DNA of 64,000 bases from the human T2T-CHM13v2.0 reference genome, Homo sapiens. Below, piece by piece: positions 29,706 to 43,544 of this stretch. Each line of letters begins with the position of its first letter. Positions within the stretch are counted from its first letter, which is position 1. The stretch lies in assembly GCF_009914755.1 (NCBI RefSeq), contig NC_060933.1. One strand, given 5' to 3'. The notes beneath the pieces are model-generated. The model made no database searches, was not told the origin of the DNA, and worked only from the letters and a program-made list of their open reading frames with translations. Position numbers and translations under genes: made by a program.

Positions 29706-29971
29706 TGTATTAGTTTGCTAGGGGTGTCTTTAAGACTGGGTGTCTTAAACAATAAACATTTATTTTCTCAAGGTCCAGAAGCCAGAAATGTAAGATTAAA
29801 GCATCAGCAGGTTTGGTTTTTCTGAGAAAACTCTCTCACGTGGTATGGCAAGGAGAGAGGCCATTTCTCTTTAAAGGCCCTATCTCCAAAACAAGTCACA
29901 TTCTGATGTACTGTGGGTTAGGACCTTAACTTATGAATCTGGGTGAGGGACCTGCAATTCAGGCTGTCACA
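29706..29971 (-). mobile_element. MLT1A-like LTR, internally deleted
   Basis: TGTATTAGTTTGCTAGGG...; CCCTATCTCCAAAACAAGTCACATTCTGA...GTTAGGAC. Confidence 0.7.
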
Positions 29972-29984
29972 ACCACTTTATCTG

Positions 29985-32340
29985 CACAAAAGGGAACTAA
30001 ATATGCCTGGAAATTTACATTCCCTCAGTCATAGCTCTAAATCAATGACTGGTAGGTGCACAGGTAAGACTTTACCTCTATTGACCAATTCAGAGTTGAG
30101 ATCTATACTGTGCCCAGAAATGCATGGCAGGCTTGAACAAAAGATGTACTTCATTGGAAATTGCTTGATAATGCATCCTTTATTGGTCTTCTTCTGTTAT
30201 TATTCCCATTTCTCTGTAATTTCTTGGGAATATACTCTAATACATAAGTTACACACAAATTTTCATCATAAGATTTGTCTTTCGAATGCTGTTATGGGTT
30301 GAATTGTGTCCTTTAAAAATATATCTTAAGGTCCTAACCTGTAAATATGACCTTATTTGGAAATGCAATCATTGTAGATGTAATTAAGGTAGGGTGAGAT
30401 AATGACACTATGTTAGAGTGGGCCCTAAATCCAATATGAATGGTGCCATTATAAGAAGAGGGAAACTTGGACACAGAGATAGAGACACTCAGGGAGAATG
30501 TTATCTGACCACAAGGACACAAAAAGGAGAGTGCCATGTGAAACCAGATGTAAATATTGGAATGGTGCATCTATAAGCCAAGCAATGGCAAAGATTGCCA
30601 GCAAACCACCAGAAGGCAGGAGAGAAGCACAGGACATAATTTCGTTTGGAGCACCCAGAGGAAATCAACCCTACCGAGACCTTAATTTGGAACTTCTATC
30701 CTCCAGAAGTGTGAGAGACTAAATTTCTGTTGTTATATGCCAGCAAGTTTGTGGTACTTTCTTATAGCAACCCTAGGAAACTAATGAAGAAACGCAACTT
30801 GAAAATAGGTTATTTCAGAAGTGGTCCTAGGAAGCATACACTTAGGAAGGGATTCTGAGTTAGATCACTTGCCATCTGGATAACAACTGGATCACACTGT
30901 TGGAGATTAAACTGTTAAAAACTGAAAACTCTAGCACTGTCATTGCATAACTTTTGCCAGTGGTGAGTTGGCATGGGATACAGATGAAAGGAGACTACAC
31001 ATGCATTTCAGAGCTATGGGGGGATTTATTAATTATAAGATTTGGAAATTGGTTGGTTGTTGCTAAGTGTCATTGTGCCGAAGAAGAAAATTGACAAGCT
31101 CAGGTTTGTCCGTTACTAACCAGGGGCATGGTATGAAAGATTGGAGGACTCCAGGGCAGCATTTAAAGAAACCCATGCTTTCTATAGCTAGAAGACAGAT
31201 TGAAAGGAAGACTGGATGATAAACTTTACTATAAAAGTAGTAGAAATACAACAAAAGATGAGTTAATAGCCTTGGCAAGGTTTTATGCTAAGTCAGAACC
31301 CTGATAGAGATGGTGCAGAGAATTGTAGGTGGATGTGCTCAAAATTATAGAACTCGCAGATTCCTTTGAACCCCTGGGCATATAAGAGTGGCTTATTTAG
31401 TTTTGCTGGAACATAGCAGCTTTCTCTTGCTTGAAGGCCACACCAAAACCTCAACCGAGATGGATGCCTTTGACGATGATATTTGTCCTTATCAAGATCT
31501 GACTTCACTTTCTCTCCTGTCTTCTAGTTCTGTATCTAAGTCTCAGCATGGGCCAACCAGGGAAGGGAAAAAATTACTCTCCAAAAGAACATCAAGACGT
31601 GATTAATTTGCAGCAAAAGGAATCAGGACAGCATGCCAGGAAGTATATCTTGATAGCGCTGGATTGGGGTGAGAGCTGGGGATAGTGAGAGAGAAGCTTG
31701 ATAAAGGAACATTTGTCAACAAGGGAACATTCTTCCATGACTGAAAACTCCCTAACAAGAGCACCTGGGAATGGTTCTAATACGCTGCTTGGATGGTTAC
31801 TAAAAGTTCTGTAGGGGGAAGAAAAAGGCTCACATTAAATTAAGCAGAGATGACAGAACTGCTTTAGCAGAGTTTTGAGGAAGGGCTCAAAAGGCTCAGA
31901 GAAGTGAGCATGCTAGAATGATTCTATTGTGTAACACCAGAGAGACTACCAGCTGATTATGTTCATTGAAGGGCCAGAGAACATTCTCATCACAAAGCTG
32001 ATAAGGAATGTGCTATTGATGGAGGGATTGGCATATTTGAGAAGCTTAGTGATAGCTGGACCGAAGTTGACAGTAGGCAATACTGTTAGAGAACTGGGCT
32101 CCCTAGTGTCAATGGAAATGATTATATTCCAGAATATCAGGGGTCAAGTGCAATATAGTCAACCACTAGAGATCTATGGTGATGGCTGATATCCCAAGGT
32201 GTTTATCGAGAAAAAATAGATGGATAGACAACAAGAGCGTGGTTGGCTATACATAATCAAGGATGATTAAAACTGGATGAGCAATTGGAAGCCTCATGTC
32301 ATCAATGCCCACGGAATATTACTTCTTGACCCAGTTTAAA
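29985..32340 (+). mobile_element. LTR16 plus HERV16/ERV3-16A3-like internal region (decayed ERVL gag), interrupted by MLT1C
   Basis: CCTGGAAATTTACA LTR16-like; leader AGAAGTGGTCCTAGGAAGCA; translations EEGLKRLREVSMLE*FY (from 31877) and EGPENILITKLIRNVL...LTVGNTVRELGSL resemble ERVL Gag. Confidence 0.7.
30290..30786 (+). mobile_element. MLT1C solo LTR
   Basis: TGTTATGGGTTGAATTGTGTCC...ATATGACCTTATTTGGAAAT...GCAACCCTAGGAAACTAAT. Confidence 0.85.
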
Positions 32341-33179
32341 AACCTGCACCAATTCTCAGACCCACAGAAGGAAGCTGCAATGCCACAAGCATACACAGCA
32401 GAGATTTCTGTGCATACAGTTGTATACATTTTAAAAATAATCCACTTATAATTTGAATTACAACCAGGGAGTCCACTATGCATATTCTAGTCTCTTTATC
32501 TTGGGTAATGATGCTTCTCGTCTCTGGAATACCCTTTGGCACCTTCTCTATGTGAGTGCTATTTCATGTTTTAAGGCTTACAGTAACCTTTCTCGATGAC
32601 CTCTATCTCTTAGTAGAAATCACGTTCTCCAAACAGCTATCTTGTTCATTTAACATTTACTATATTCAGTTTTGAATGGTTGTTAAAATTTTTATGTAAA
32701 TAAAAGTTTTTTGGAATTGTCCATTTGATATATTTAATTTATTCCATTTATTAAACTTGAAGTAGACCTTCGAGAATCAATTATTATTGATTCTCAAAAT
32801 GCAAATATTATTATAGTTATCCCTTTATCCTAGATTGTTAATTGGTTGAATTATTTGAAATCCTTGAGATAAACTAAAATAGACAGGAATACTTAATACA
32901 GAATGATTAACTTGGGTAGATAGACAGATTAAACTTAGCTTTTGTTTAAAAGCTGGAATTCTAAGTAGTCAACATCAGATGAGTCAAATGAAAATTGATA
33001 CCCATTGTAGAACTAATGAATGGTCTTGCAGTTTAAGTCCTTTCTTAACTCTGTCATCTTTTACTTTGTAATGACTAAAAAGCTACAATTACTATCACAG
33101 GAGTCTTCAGTATGTTACCATGCCAAAACTGGGAAATGTGGCTGGCTGTTTCCTAATGGAAAATTGTTAGCTTCTTGGC

Positions 33180-33320
33180 GACATGAAGAAAAGGATGTTG
33201 GGATTGCCCTTTCAGACATCAAAATTCATTACAAAACTTTAGAAATTAAGATACTGTGGTACCGGGAACGAGAAAGATCAAAAAATAGACGGAAGAGAAC
33301 AGAGAAAATTGAAAGACATA
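33180..33320 (+). mobile_element. L1 ORF2 relic
   Basis: Translation VGIALSDIKIHYKTLEIKILWY resembles L1 ORF2 GGITLPDFKLYYKATVxKTxWY. Confidence 0.65.
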
Positions 33321-34499
33321 TCTATATGTCTATATCTGCACATACAAATATGCATATGCAATCACACATAGTTGATAAATCTCACAAGAAATAAAATTTA
33401 AAAGAAAGAATCAAAGTGAATATGGTGTTAGTAAAAAAAAAAGGCTATGAATTTTTGAATACTTTTTCCCAAGGTGGTGACATTCCAGCATATACTACAA
33501 ACAAAAGAGGCCATTCACCGGATGATATCATCCCTTCAAAAATAAACTTATCCTCAATTTCCTGATTAAAATCAGACATTCTTCTGCTTGACAGAGGTCC
33601 TTACTTCCTGTTTTCTCTAGCATTTGCCAAGTGGCTCTGAGGACTTCGGTGTAAGAACACTCACTTAACTGTTCTGTAGTGCTGACTTTGAATACTTGAA
33701 CAATAACCCACATTTCTAAATTTTCAATTTAAATAATGGTGCTTTTTGTTTTTAATTTTGCCTCATTTTCGAATCCTAAGGCTATTAGAACAACACCAAG
33801 ATGACAGTGTTTCTGCTGTAACTTCCGTCTGCTTCTGCTTCTCAAAGTTGTGTAGTATAATTATTTCTATAGCAACCAGCCGAGGAAATGCCTTGCCAGC
33901 ACACAGACTCAAAAGAGAAACATGCTGAGACAGGCTCAGCCGTGGGGCTTCGGAGCGCCTGGAGTTTCCAGCATTAAACGCTACAGCTGCAGAAGCCCAT
34001 GCTGTTACCTTCTCTCCTCATCCGTTTTTAGTATTTGTAATATTTCTGGCCCTCCCACATCTTTGGCAATGTTTTCTAACGTCCCTCTTCTCTTTCTTCA
34101 GTGTTTTTCATAAGAACGGTCCTTTCATTTCTGTTTTATGACGTATAGTCTTCTGATAATAACACGATAAGCATTGTGGTGGTTCTGAACATACAACGAA
34201 ATTAGAAAAAGTGGAATAATAAATAATTCACTTGTTTTCCTTCAGCTTCATAAGGTTTCTACTAATCTGTTTTCCTTATGGGCCAAACTCTTAGAGAAAT
34301 TTGATCAGGTGCCTTTAAAAATATAGAAACACGTTCAGAGAACTTCAAAGAATACAAAAAATAATGTATTTCTTTTCCAAAATAACTTCACTTTCATCAT
34401 AAAACATGAAAAATGGTGAAAGAATCATTTCCAAAAGAAAACCTAAACTTGTCTGATTTCAGGACACACTTTTATCTTTAAAAAATTTTTCCTTACTGT

Positions 34500-34576
34500 T
34501 GTGAAAGGAAAAGAAAAGCTCAGGACCCCAAATTCACTATGCCAAAAGGGAAGAGTTAAACTTGGAAGCTGAGTCA

Positions 34577-34607
<31 letters not shown>

Positions 34608-34712
34608 AAAACAACCCAAATCTGCCTCTCCTTTTGTTCCTAAATTGACAGCTAATGTCTTCAGAGGGGGCATCCCTCACCCTGACAGTGTAAATTAACA
34701 GTTTATCTTCAC
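34500..34712 (+). mobile_element. MER4-group LTR 5' fragment (MER72/MER4C-like)
   Basis: TGTGAAAGGAAAAGAAAAGCTCAGGACCCCAAATTCACTATGCCAAAAGGG. Confidence 0.65.
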
Positions 34713-34879
34713 TTCAAGGGTACAGAAGTGTAGGAAAATGACACGGTGAAATAGATGGGTACTCACTGGCAGCAGTTTCATCAATTCTAGCTTCAAATTG
34801 TCACCTAATGCCATTGTTTTATTCTGTAACCTATAGATTTACTTTGTAATGATTGATTCTGTAAAATTGAATTATAAGG

Positions 34880-34945
34880 TTTATTTTTGTTAAAGTTTTT
34901 TTTTTGTTTTTTTTTACTACTTTTAGTTTTTTTTGGGTTTTTTTT

Positions 34946-34978
<33 letters not shown>

Positions 34979-35242
34979 TGACAGAGCCTTGTTCTGTCGC
35001 CCAGGCTCTGGAGTGCATTGGTGCGGTCTCAACTCATAGCAACCTCCACCTCCTGGGTTCAAGTGATTCTTCTGCCTCAGCCTTCTGAGTAGCTGGTATT
35101 ACAGGCACCTGCCACCACGCCCAGCTAATTTTTGTACTTTTAGTAGAGACAGGGTTTCACCATGTTGCCAGGCTAGTCTCAAACTTGTGACCTTGGCCTC
35201 CCTAAATGCTGGGATTACAGGTGTGAGCCACTGCGCCTGGCC
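34880..35242 (-). mobile_element. AluS with ~100-bp degenerate tail and a short left-arm deletion
   Basis: Antisense Alu body 34978-35242; T-rich tract 34880-34977. Confidence 0.88.
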
Positions 35243-37543
35243 TTAATTTTCATTTTCAATGAAAGTTTTGTTAAGTTTAATTTTAAAAAAACTTGATGAT
35301 TCAAGGTTTCATTACACAAACTCAGGTAAAGTTACTGGATGAATGAATTCTTTTGTATACCTAATCCTGTAAACAAACCAGTAAAGGAATAGAGTAGCCT
35401 CTATATTTAAAATTCTGTCCCCAATATATGAAACTGACATAGTGCCAATGCAAATTAGCTCCCTTGCTGAACATTTTCATTCACACTGTACACACCACAG
35501 TGAGCCAGGACATTTCTTTCTCAGTAAGATGTTCAGAACTCTGGCCAACAACTGGCTTGATGTTTGCATTTTCCATGTGACGTAGTGTTTTCCTTGGTTG
35601 ACTATTATGGCCCCACCCTGATGAGCCAGTTGTAGCAAGCCAAGCCCCAGCTTCTGTACCCAGAAGATATTCCACCTCTTGCTCAACAAAGCAGCCTTGG
35701 GTGTTTATGACACCTGAGGTAATGGTTCACAATCGGGATTCTTTCAAAAAGTACTCTCAGATTGATACTCTCTGTGTTTCCACATATGTCCCCTCCATGC
35801 TTTCAGAGAGGAGTCATGCATCCTAGAATCAGCCATGTATTGTGTCAAATGGCAAGAGGTATTTCCTGGAACATTTCTTAATTGTGTTGCTCTTTTTATT
35901 GAAATTGTGCTAAAATATAAATTCAGCACACAGGAAAAGAAACCTGTCCGTGGCCCATTAGAAGTTTCCAAATCGCCTCTTATTTGAAAGTGATGAACTA
36001 TTTTTGTTAGATTTGTTGTTTTTTAATTTCTCAAATTTATTTCCTGAAGAAGAAATACAGTGTTTCCTAGGGTTTTGTTGTCGTTGTTATTTTTAAAAAT
36101 AATTTATTTCATTTTTTAAGTCCAGATCTGTAGAAAATATAAAGTTTCTTTTTTCTCTGGGAGCTCTCATCTTGAAGAATTATTTGAAATGTATGATTAT
36201 TAGCCTAAGAAAGCTGAAAATCAAATAAATTATGTTTTGATCTTCACAATTAGCAGTGTTTTTACAATATAATTTTTCATATTTTCTCTAATTTGTACAT
36301 TCATATCATTGATGTAAGCAAAGTATTTTATGTTATAAAATTTTTTAAATTTCTAGAAAGATAAATAAGACGTGAATTTCAACCAATAGTGTCAACAATT
36401 ATTTAAATACATTTTAGACACAGAATGGCAGAGTATTTAGAAGTGTATTGAATTTGATTACTTTCTAAAACGTGTGAGATCAGAGTAAGTCTTAATATCT
36501 ATCCAGTTGACTTAATTCATGCTTTAATATTTTTCTGCTTGGTTTGTTTTGAAGATAGAAAAAAGCATTTTGTATTACATTTTCTGTAATCAATATAACT
36601 TACATCTGGCAATTTTCTAAGGAGTGTAAATTTGTTTGAAATACAAAATAAGTTGCCTAGAGAATCAGCTTATTTATTTTTCCAAAGTACTTTTAAAAAA
36701 TTGGAATCTAAGCATTTATTTATAGTCAATGACTTCTAGTGAATAGAGGCTAAGAAATAATGAAAAAAAGGTTTAAACATAAGAACTGAAGGATAAAAGC
36801 TAATTCAAGAACTGAAAGAATTTCAGAGACTATATTAAAGAAAATTATGAAAAAGAGTTCAAGAATAATCAACCCTGAGAAAAGATCATAAATGGACAAA
36901 AACCAGGCACACACAATGCCTTTGCATTGCATTCATTTCATTATAAAGACAATGAGTAAGTTGAACTGTCTCATTATTTCATCACTTAGCTTTGTCTCAA
37001 CTGTCAGGTATGAAAAATTACTGAGAAGAATAAAAGTTTTGAAAAGGAAAAAAATTTGAAAAGTATGAACACACTATGAGTGCTAACTCCAGAATAGCTG
37101 GTTTTTCAAGAATTATACAGGAAACTGAGTAATGATGTAGTAGTTAGAAGCAAAAGTGTAGTTCTGAGGTTCTCACACACTCCCAAAATGGAGAAACAAA
37201 GGGGATACTTGTAGTTCTATGGGATTATACATATAGGAGTTCATGGGTGATTTTTCAGCACTAAAATGTAGCTGTATATGGGTTCATAGACACTGAAGTC
37301 CTCATATTTTGGCCTCTATTTGATTTTATTATAAATCCAAAATTTTGCCTTCCAGGTAGAATTTTGGATAATTTTATGCCTCCAAATGTCAAAGGCAAGC
37401 TGGGCATCATGATCTGGCATAAAGAACCCTTCACTCAAAGAAGGTAAAAGATCTAGATTCAAGTGGCAACGTCTTTATTTAGCAATCACTGGCTTTAGCT
37501 AAATCCAAAATTCACTGGGCTTCAGTTTGAAATATGTACAATG

Positions 37544-37788
37544 GGCCAAGTGTGGTGGCTCACACTTGGAATCCCAGTACTTTGGGAGGACAAGGGGGAA
37601 GGATCATCTGAGCCTAGGAGTTCAAGACCCACGTGAGCCACATAACAAGATCTCTTCTCTATAAAAAACTAAACATATGCCTGGTGTGGGTAACATGTGC
37701 TTGTGGTGAACTATGATCACACCACTGCACTACAGCCTGGGCAACAGAGTGAGACACACAGTGTGTGTTTGTGTGTGTGTGTGTGTGT
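37544..37788 (+). mobile_element. AluJ, right arm internally deleted, (GT)n in place of the A tail, inside a MIR
   Basis: GAGCCTAGGAGTTCAAGAC; CTATGATCACACCACTGCAC; GAGTGAGAC followed by ACACA(GT)n. Confidence 0.8.
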
Positions 37789-40700
37789 AATGATCATGTC
37801 ACCTTCCCACAATACAATTATGAAGATGAAATAAATATACATGGAAGAGTTTTATAAGCACTAAAGTGTTAAACCAATGGGAAGTTTCACTCTTGACTGT
37901 TGTAGCAGATAGGATTTCACTTCTTTCTCTTTTATTTAAAATACTTTGTAATTACATATTTGAGAGGAAAATGCTAGGCACTTATCAATGTCTTTGGCCT
38001 CAGAGTGGTTTTGTACCAGATCAAGAATCAAGCAGTCAGAAGACAAAGTTCCATGTGGTCAGTTACATACTTTAGTGGCACCATGACCTAAATGTCGGCA
38101 TGAAGACAAATTTATCTATCTATACTCAAAGATAAACACACACCTATAAATACATGTATTTTATTCAACTAAGAAAGTAGGTTGAAACCCTCCATTTGAT
38201 ATGTCTTATATAGTGAATTATTACTAAATTTTTACTAGTTCTAATTAGTACATTTTTGGCACTGCATTTTCAATATAAAATGGCCTTAAATTGAATAGTG
38301 ATTGTAATTAGATTTATCTTTCTGAATCAAAATTTGCTTTATTATTGTTAGAAAAATCTCTACAGTAATGCTCAGCAAAGTGCCAATGAGGCTTCTATGC
38401 AAGAATCAGAGTAGAAGGAACATATTGTCATAACTGTTGTCTCCTTGATTCAGGTCCAGTAGCAGAGTCTATTACTTCCATGTGTTTAAACATTTTTTTC
38501 CAAATTTAATACTGCAAATTATCACTTGGCCAAAAATATTGAGAAAACATAATTTACTTCTTCCACGAACCTTGACATTGAATGAATGCTAAATGCACAC
38601 CATGCATACACATTCACATATATTTGTCTGTACTATAGCAGAACAATACCAATTCAGTTTTGTAATTTAAATGGCCAAACCTTGTTACAGTAGGTAAAAC
38701 ATTTATGCTCCCGAAGAGTGTAAAAATCTTAGACAATGAGAGTTACTTAAATCCTGAAAGTTGCCAGGGATAGTCATAGGGCCGCTGGTCTTTTCAGAGA
38801 AGTTCAAGCTTGCCTGAAAGATCTCAGTATGTGGCAGAGTGTACACTAGAGGGTGGGATCTGTTGAGCTTCATTCTTAATCCACAAAGAATCAGCTAGTC
38901 AGTCAACCATAAATAAACACAATGACATCATTACCTTGCCTCTTGCCACCTGGGCGTAATGCCCTGCAAAGTTTTATGTTTCAGAGTTTCAGAGTCATGG
39001 GCACAAGAACACTGTTGATTGATTAGAAATATTAGCAATAGCCAATGCATTAAAGAAACAAAGAGTGTTAATTCAGTTTTACCAGGATGGATTGAATTCT
39101 CTCCTTACTCATTTGACTTCAAGTAGCTCTGCACTGGCCTCTCGTAAAGTATTTACTCAGGAACTTATCCAAGTCAGTGAGGTATTAACAATGCTTTTAT
39201 CTTTGATTCTCTTACTTAGCTTCATCCTTAATATGTTCTTACCCCCAACAACCCTACCACCTCCAACCGGTTTTTAAAATTATACCCAAGTAATATTTAT
39301 TGTTCCTTACAATGAGATCATTATAAATTCCATTTTGTTCACTTTGAATTTTGTTTGTTAAGGACATACTCGCAACATGTTATTAAACAAGAAAGCCATT
39401 CTTCATTATTGTCATCATATTATCAGCAGTGAAGGATTTCATTTTAAGATGAAGAAAGGGGGAAAAAGAATGTTAGAATGCAGATACTGAAACTAGAATT
39501 GATTTCACAGATATTAATCTTCTGTATCTGTTGCTCAATCATGGGACTTGTGTTGAAATATGGAACAGGTCAGTATCGGCTCAGCTTTATTCTGCTCAAG
39601 TTCTCCTTGCACATATCCTTTTGGGCTACTGTAAGAGAAATATTACCAACTTTCCAATGCTGAAAAGTAAAAAAGATTGCCCTCTCTATTTATTATTAAA
39701 GAACTCCTTGGACACATAAGCTCATTCTAATATAGAGGCACCTCATCACTCATTATTAATTTAACAAGCATTTGTTAAGTGCCTATTATGAGCCAGGCAC
39801 TGTGCTAGGAAATGGGACCAATAAGAAACAAATGAATTTATAGTCTGTTGGGGATACACACATTAAACTCCTAATTACACGGACTTAATCACACAAATAA
39901 CTATATATTCACATTAAATTCACTAAGGAAAACTTCAGTGTAATTCCTCTTAAGTCATAGTTATACGTTCATTTTTCCCCCTAATTCTGAATGGGAATGC
40001 ATGAATAACAATTAATTTAAATACCTATTATATATTGAGCATGGCTCTATGTGGTAGGTAGACATGTCATTTGAAGTCATAAGCAAACTAGCCTTAGTTC
40101 AGATATGTCATTTAATTCACTTTGCCTTTAGGGAAGAAAGTCTAAAATTCTGTGAGTTTCAGTTCTTGTTTATCATCAGAAAAATGGAAATGGTAATAAT
40201 TTCCAACATGATAGTTCTGAGGTTCAAAGAGGCATTAAAAACACGTCAGATGCTCTAATGAAGTTTCTAAGAATATGGAAGCATTAAATATTAATATAAA
40301 TAAGAATAAGGTTACTCAAAAAACTGAATGAGAAAGTTAAGAAATATATCATGTGAGTTGCAACTGGGCTTTCATAAATGCAAAAATTTATAGAAAAATG
40401 AGAGGACCATATTTACTGGGAACAGGATGAGCAATTGTGCATAAATGAGAGTCAAGAGCATTTTGAAAATTGTAGAGAAACTGGTTTCATTAGGCTGAGG
40501 ATATATGTGAAGCTGAGGGTACAGAATGGGAAGGGAAAAGACAAGTCATCACCATTTTAGCCTTAACTGCAAATTGAAAAGGAAGAAAGAAATTAAATAT
40601 GCTGTCTTCCCATTTTTAGTTCTGTTTAGATACTAAGACACGTGAAGAAACTTTTATTTGTACTTTATGAATTTTGTGTTCTGTGTTCTTAGAAATGATG

Positions 40701-43103
40701 GAAATAGTTACTCCCTGTACCTGGAAAACATGATTTCATTTGAAAATAGGTACAGAGCTAGGAAAACAGGCTCCTAAAGAACATGGTGTTTGCTTAAACT
40801 GACAAATTAGAAGTAGGAAAGATTTTATTGTTTTGCTATACATATTTTTATGTACATTTTCAGCATTGATAGAATACATGCACACACATACATACATCCA
40901 GTTTTAGGTAGAACCATAATTCTGAAATCATAATTCCCTTTATACCAGTGCAATGGATATATGTGAAAGAGAATCATTATTTCAGGCAGCAAAAAAATAA
41001 TAAGACAAGATCAACTATTAGGAGAGAAAGAAGATTTTAATATTGATTTAAATTGGAGGATATTGATTAATGTTCTCAGTAATATGTGAAAAGAAAGAAA
41101 AGCAAGGTGCCAGTCTTCATAGAAAGAATACATTATATTTTAATGGAACAATGTCTTCCTGATTTCTTAAAATGAATGTTTTTGATTTAGATTTTGTTTT
41201 TCTCTTGAAGAAAATATAAATGTAATATTGCATACCGATCTGCCAAGGCTTAGGGCAATTTCGTTCTATTGTCTAAAACCTGAATCAAACCTTCTTTTGG
41301 AGCCATCAATGACATATATATTGGTTAGAGTTATAACCAAAAAGTGATTTGAATTAATACCTTCGGTAAATACACTATTGACTTAAGTGTAGATTATAAG
41401 AACTCCGCTGAACATAAATCTCAGTTTCCAGATGAGAAATGGTCCTTTTCCTAAGCGTAAAAAAATGGACATTCCCAAGTACTCTCTGTCTCTATATACT
41501 TTATGTCTCTATGGACCTTCTAGAACTTTGAGGTAGATTGCAACCTTTAATTGGACACTCCTCATCTTCTCTGACTACAAATGGACCTCCAAACTAAGCA
41601 GTAAACTGGTAGAGACTGGAGAAATCTTCAAAACCAGTCACGAAATTTCCAACTGAACATAATTTTAATAAGTTCTCCTCTCAAATTTGCTACCTTTGGG
41701 GGGCTATCTAGTTGAATGTACATTTTATGGAAGGTCATAAAAATTCAGATCTAATCTTTATTTTGTTTCTGATTCTCAGTAGCCATAGTTATTCAAAGAA
41801 GCACACCTTATTCAAAGTCCATCAATCTAGCCCAAATGGTATTTTACATTATGTTATGATTGAGCTGGGCTTTAAAAAGTACCTGGCAGTCAACCATGAC
41901 AAAATGAGAAATTTATATAATGGGACTTCATAAATAGTGAAGTGCTATACAAATGAAAAGGGCTATGTTCAGCGTTAACAAAAATGAAAGACTCACAAAA
42001 AGATCACATTCATGGTTGTACATTGTCATAAAATAAACTATGGTTGCCTAACTTCATGATATTTCATATAGAATAGGTATAAATGAAACAAAATGAGGAT
42101 TTATGAGCATTATAAAAAGATAGGCCTTATTTATATTTTCAAATTTTGTCATGTTATAGTTGATTATGACAAGTAGTTACATGATTCACCACTTTTGCAA
42201 AAACATCACATGCATAAAGAATTAAGCCAATTACTTTTAGTGCTGGAATAGTCGTGAGGTGGTATTTATGCTGATAGTAAGATTTTTTTTTTAGATTAAG
42301 TCAGTACCAACAAAAGACTTTATTCTGTGTCTGTTGCTACCCAATGGAAGTAATGTACTTACTTTTTATGTTCTTTCGAAATTCCATTTTAACCATAGTT
42401 CACTGCTTAGATTACAGAATAATGTTTTTTAGGAATACCAGGAAGAAAATATAGACAATTTATTTTAGATAAAACTTTACGGATTTGAAATCTTTTCAGA
42501 TAATAAAACTGGAGATTCCAAGTAAGACAGTGAGTGGATGTCATTTCTGAAAGAATGTTGTCGACTTCCATTATTTTGTCTAAGAAGTATTCCTCCCTGA
42601 TGTTAAGAACAGCCTTATCTTCTTCTAGGTAAAACAAATCACGTGGTTCTATTGAGGTCTTCCCATCACAATCATCAACTCTATGTCCTCAGTGGATTGT
42701 TTTAGGTATAGACCACTGACTCAAGCTAGATCAATCAATACACATGCACAGGATTTTTACTTTAATTTTCTCAAACAGGGGAAGAAACAATGCTTGCCTC
42801 ATAAAGAAGCTGCGAGATGTAAGGATAAGAATGTTGGCTGTCATGTTGCTACCATGATGAGAAAAACTAGTCTGATAAATGCAGAGATAAGAGAAAGAAA
42901 AAGAAACTTCTAGCAAGATTCAAATTCCTGGTTCCAAAAGAGTCTGAGAGCCAAGTCTAAATGTGGAGTTACAAAATATACTCCAGTAATTTTCCAGTAC
43001 ATTTCCCCCTTTCTGACTAAATTTGTTGCAATTCAGCTTCTATGCTAGTAACCCTGACTAATCTGGGGAATTTATATTTAAAAATACAAATCAATAATAC
43101 TAC

Positions 43104-43544
43104 TGTGAAAGGAAAATCTTGGGGCCCCCAAATTACTAAGCTAAGGGAAAAGTCAAGCTGGGAACTGCTCAGGACAAACCTTCCTCCCATTCTATTCAAG
43201 TCATCTGCTCTCTGAGATAGTTGTGTATTCTGATTGCCTCCTTTGGAAAGGCTTATCAGAAACTCGAAGAATGCAACCATTTGTTTTTCACCTACCTGTG
43301 ACCTGGAAGCCCCCCTCCCTGCTTTGAGTTGTCCCCACCTTTCTGGAAGGACCCAATGCAGTTCTTACATACATTGATTGATGTCTCATGTCTCCCTAAA
43401 ATGTATAAAACCAAGCTGTGCCCTGACCACCTTGGGCACATGTCATCAGGACCTCCTGAGGCTGTGTCATGGACGCACATCCTTAACTTTGGCAAATAAA
43501 CCTAAAATGATTGAGACTTGTCTCCTCATTTTTCTCGATTGACA
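43104..43544 (+). mobile_element. MER4A1-like ERV1 solo LTR
   Basis: TG...CA termini: TGTGAAAGGAAAATCTTGGGGCCCCC...CCTGACCACCTTGGGCACATGTCATCAGGACCTCCTGAGGCTGTGTCA...AATAAA...GATTGACA. Confidence 0.85.

Noticed and set aside
31959-32189. 76-aa Gag-like ORF as a possible domesticated ERVL gene
   Set aside because: Flanked by in-frame stops and a frameshift; consistent with neutral decay
33020-33394. 124-aa ORF
   Set aside because: Chance ORF running through a decayed L1 ORF2 fragment
38843-38856. CTCF-like ACACTAGAGGGTGG (similar partial matches near 30605 and 43835)
   Set aside because: Mismatches at core positions; cannot be supported without a PWM scan or ChIP data
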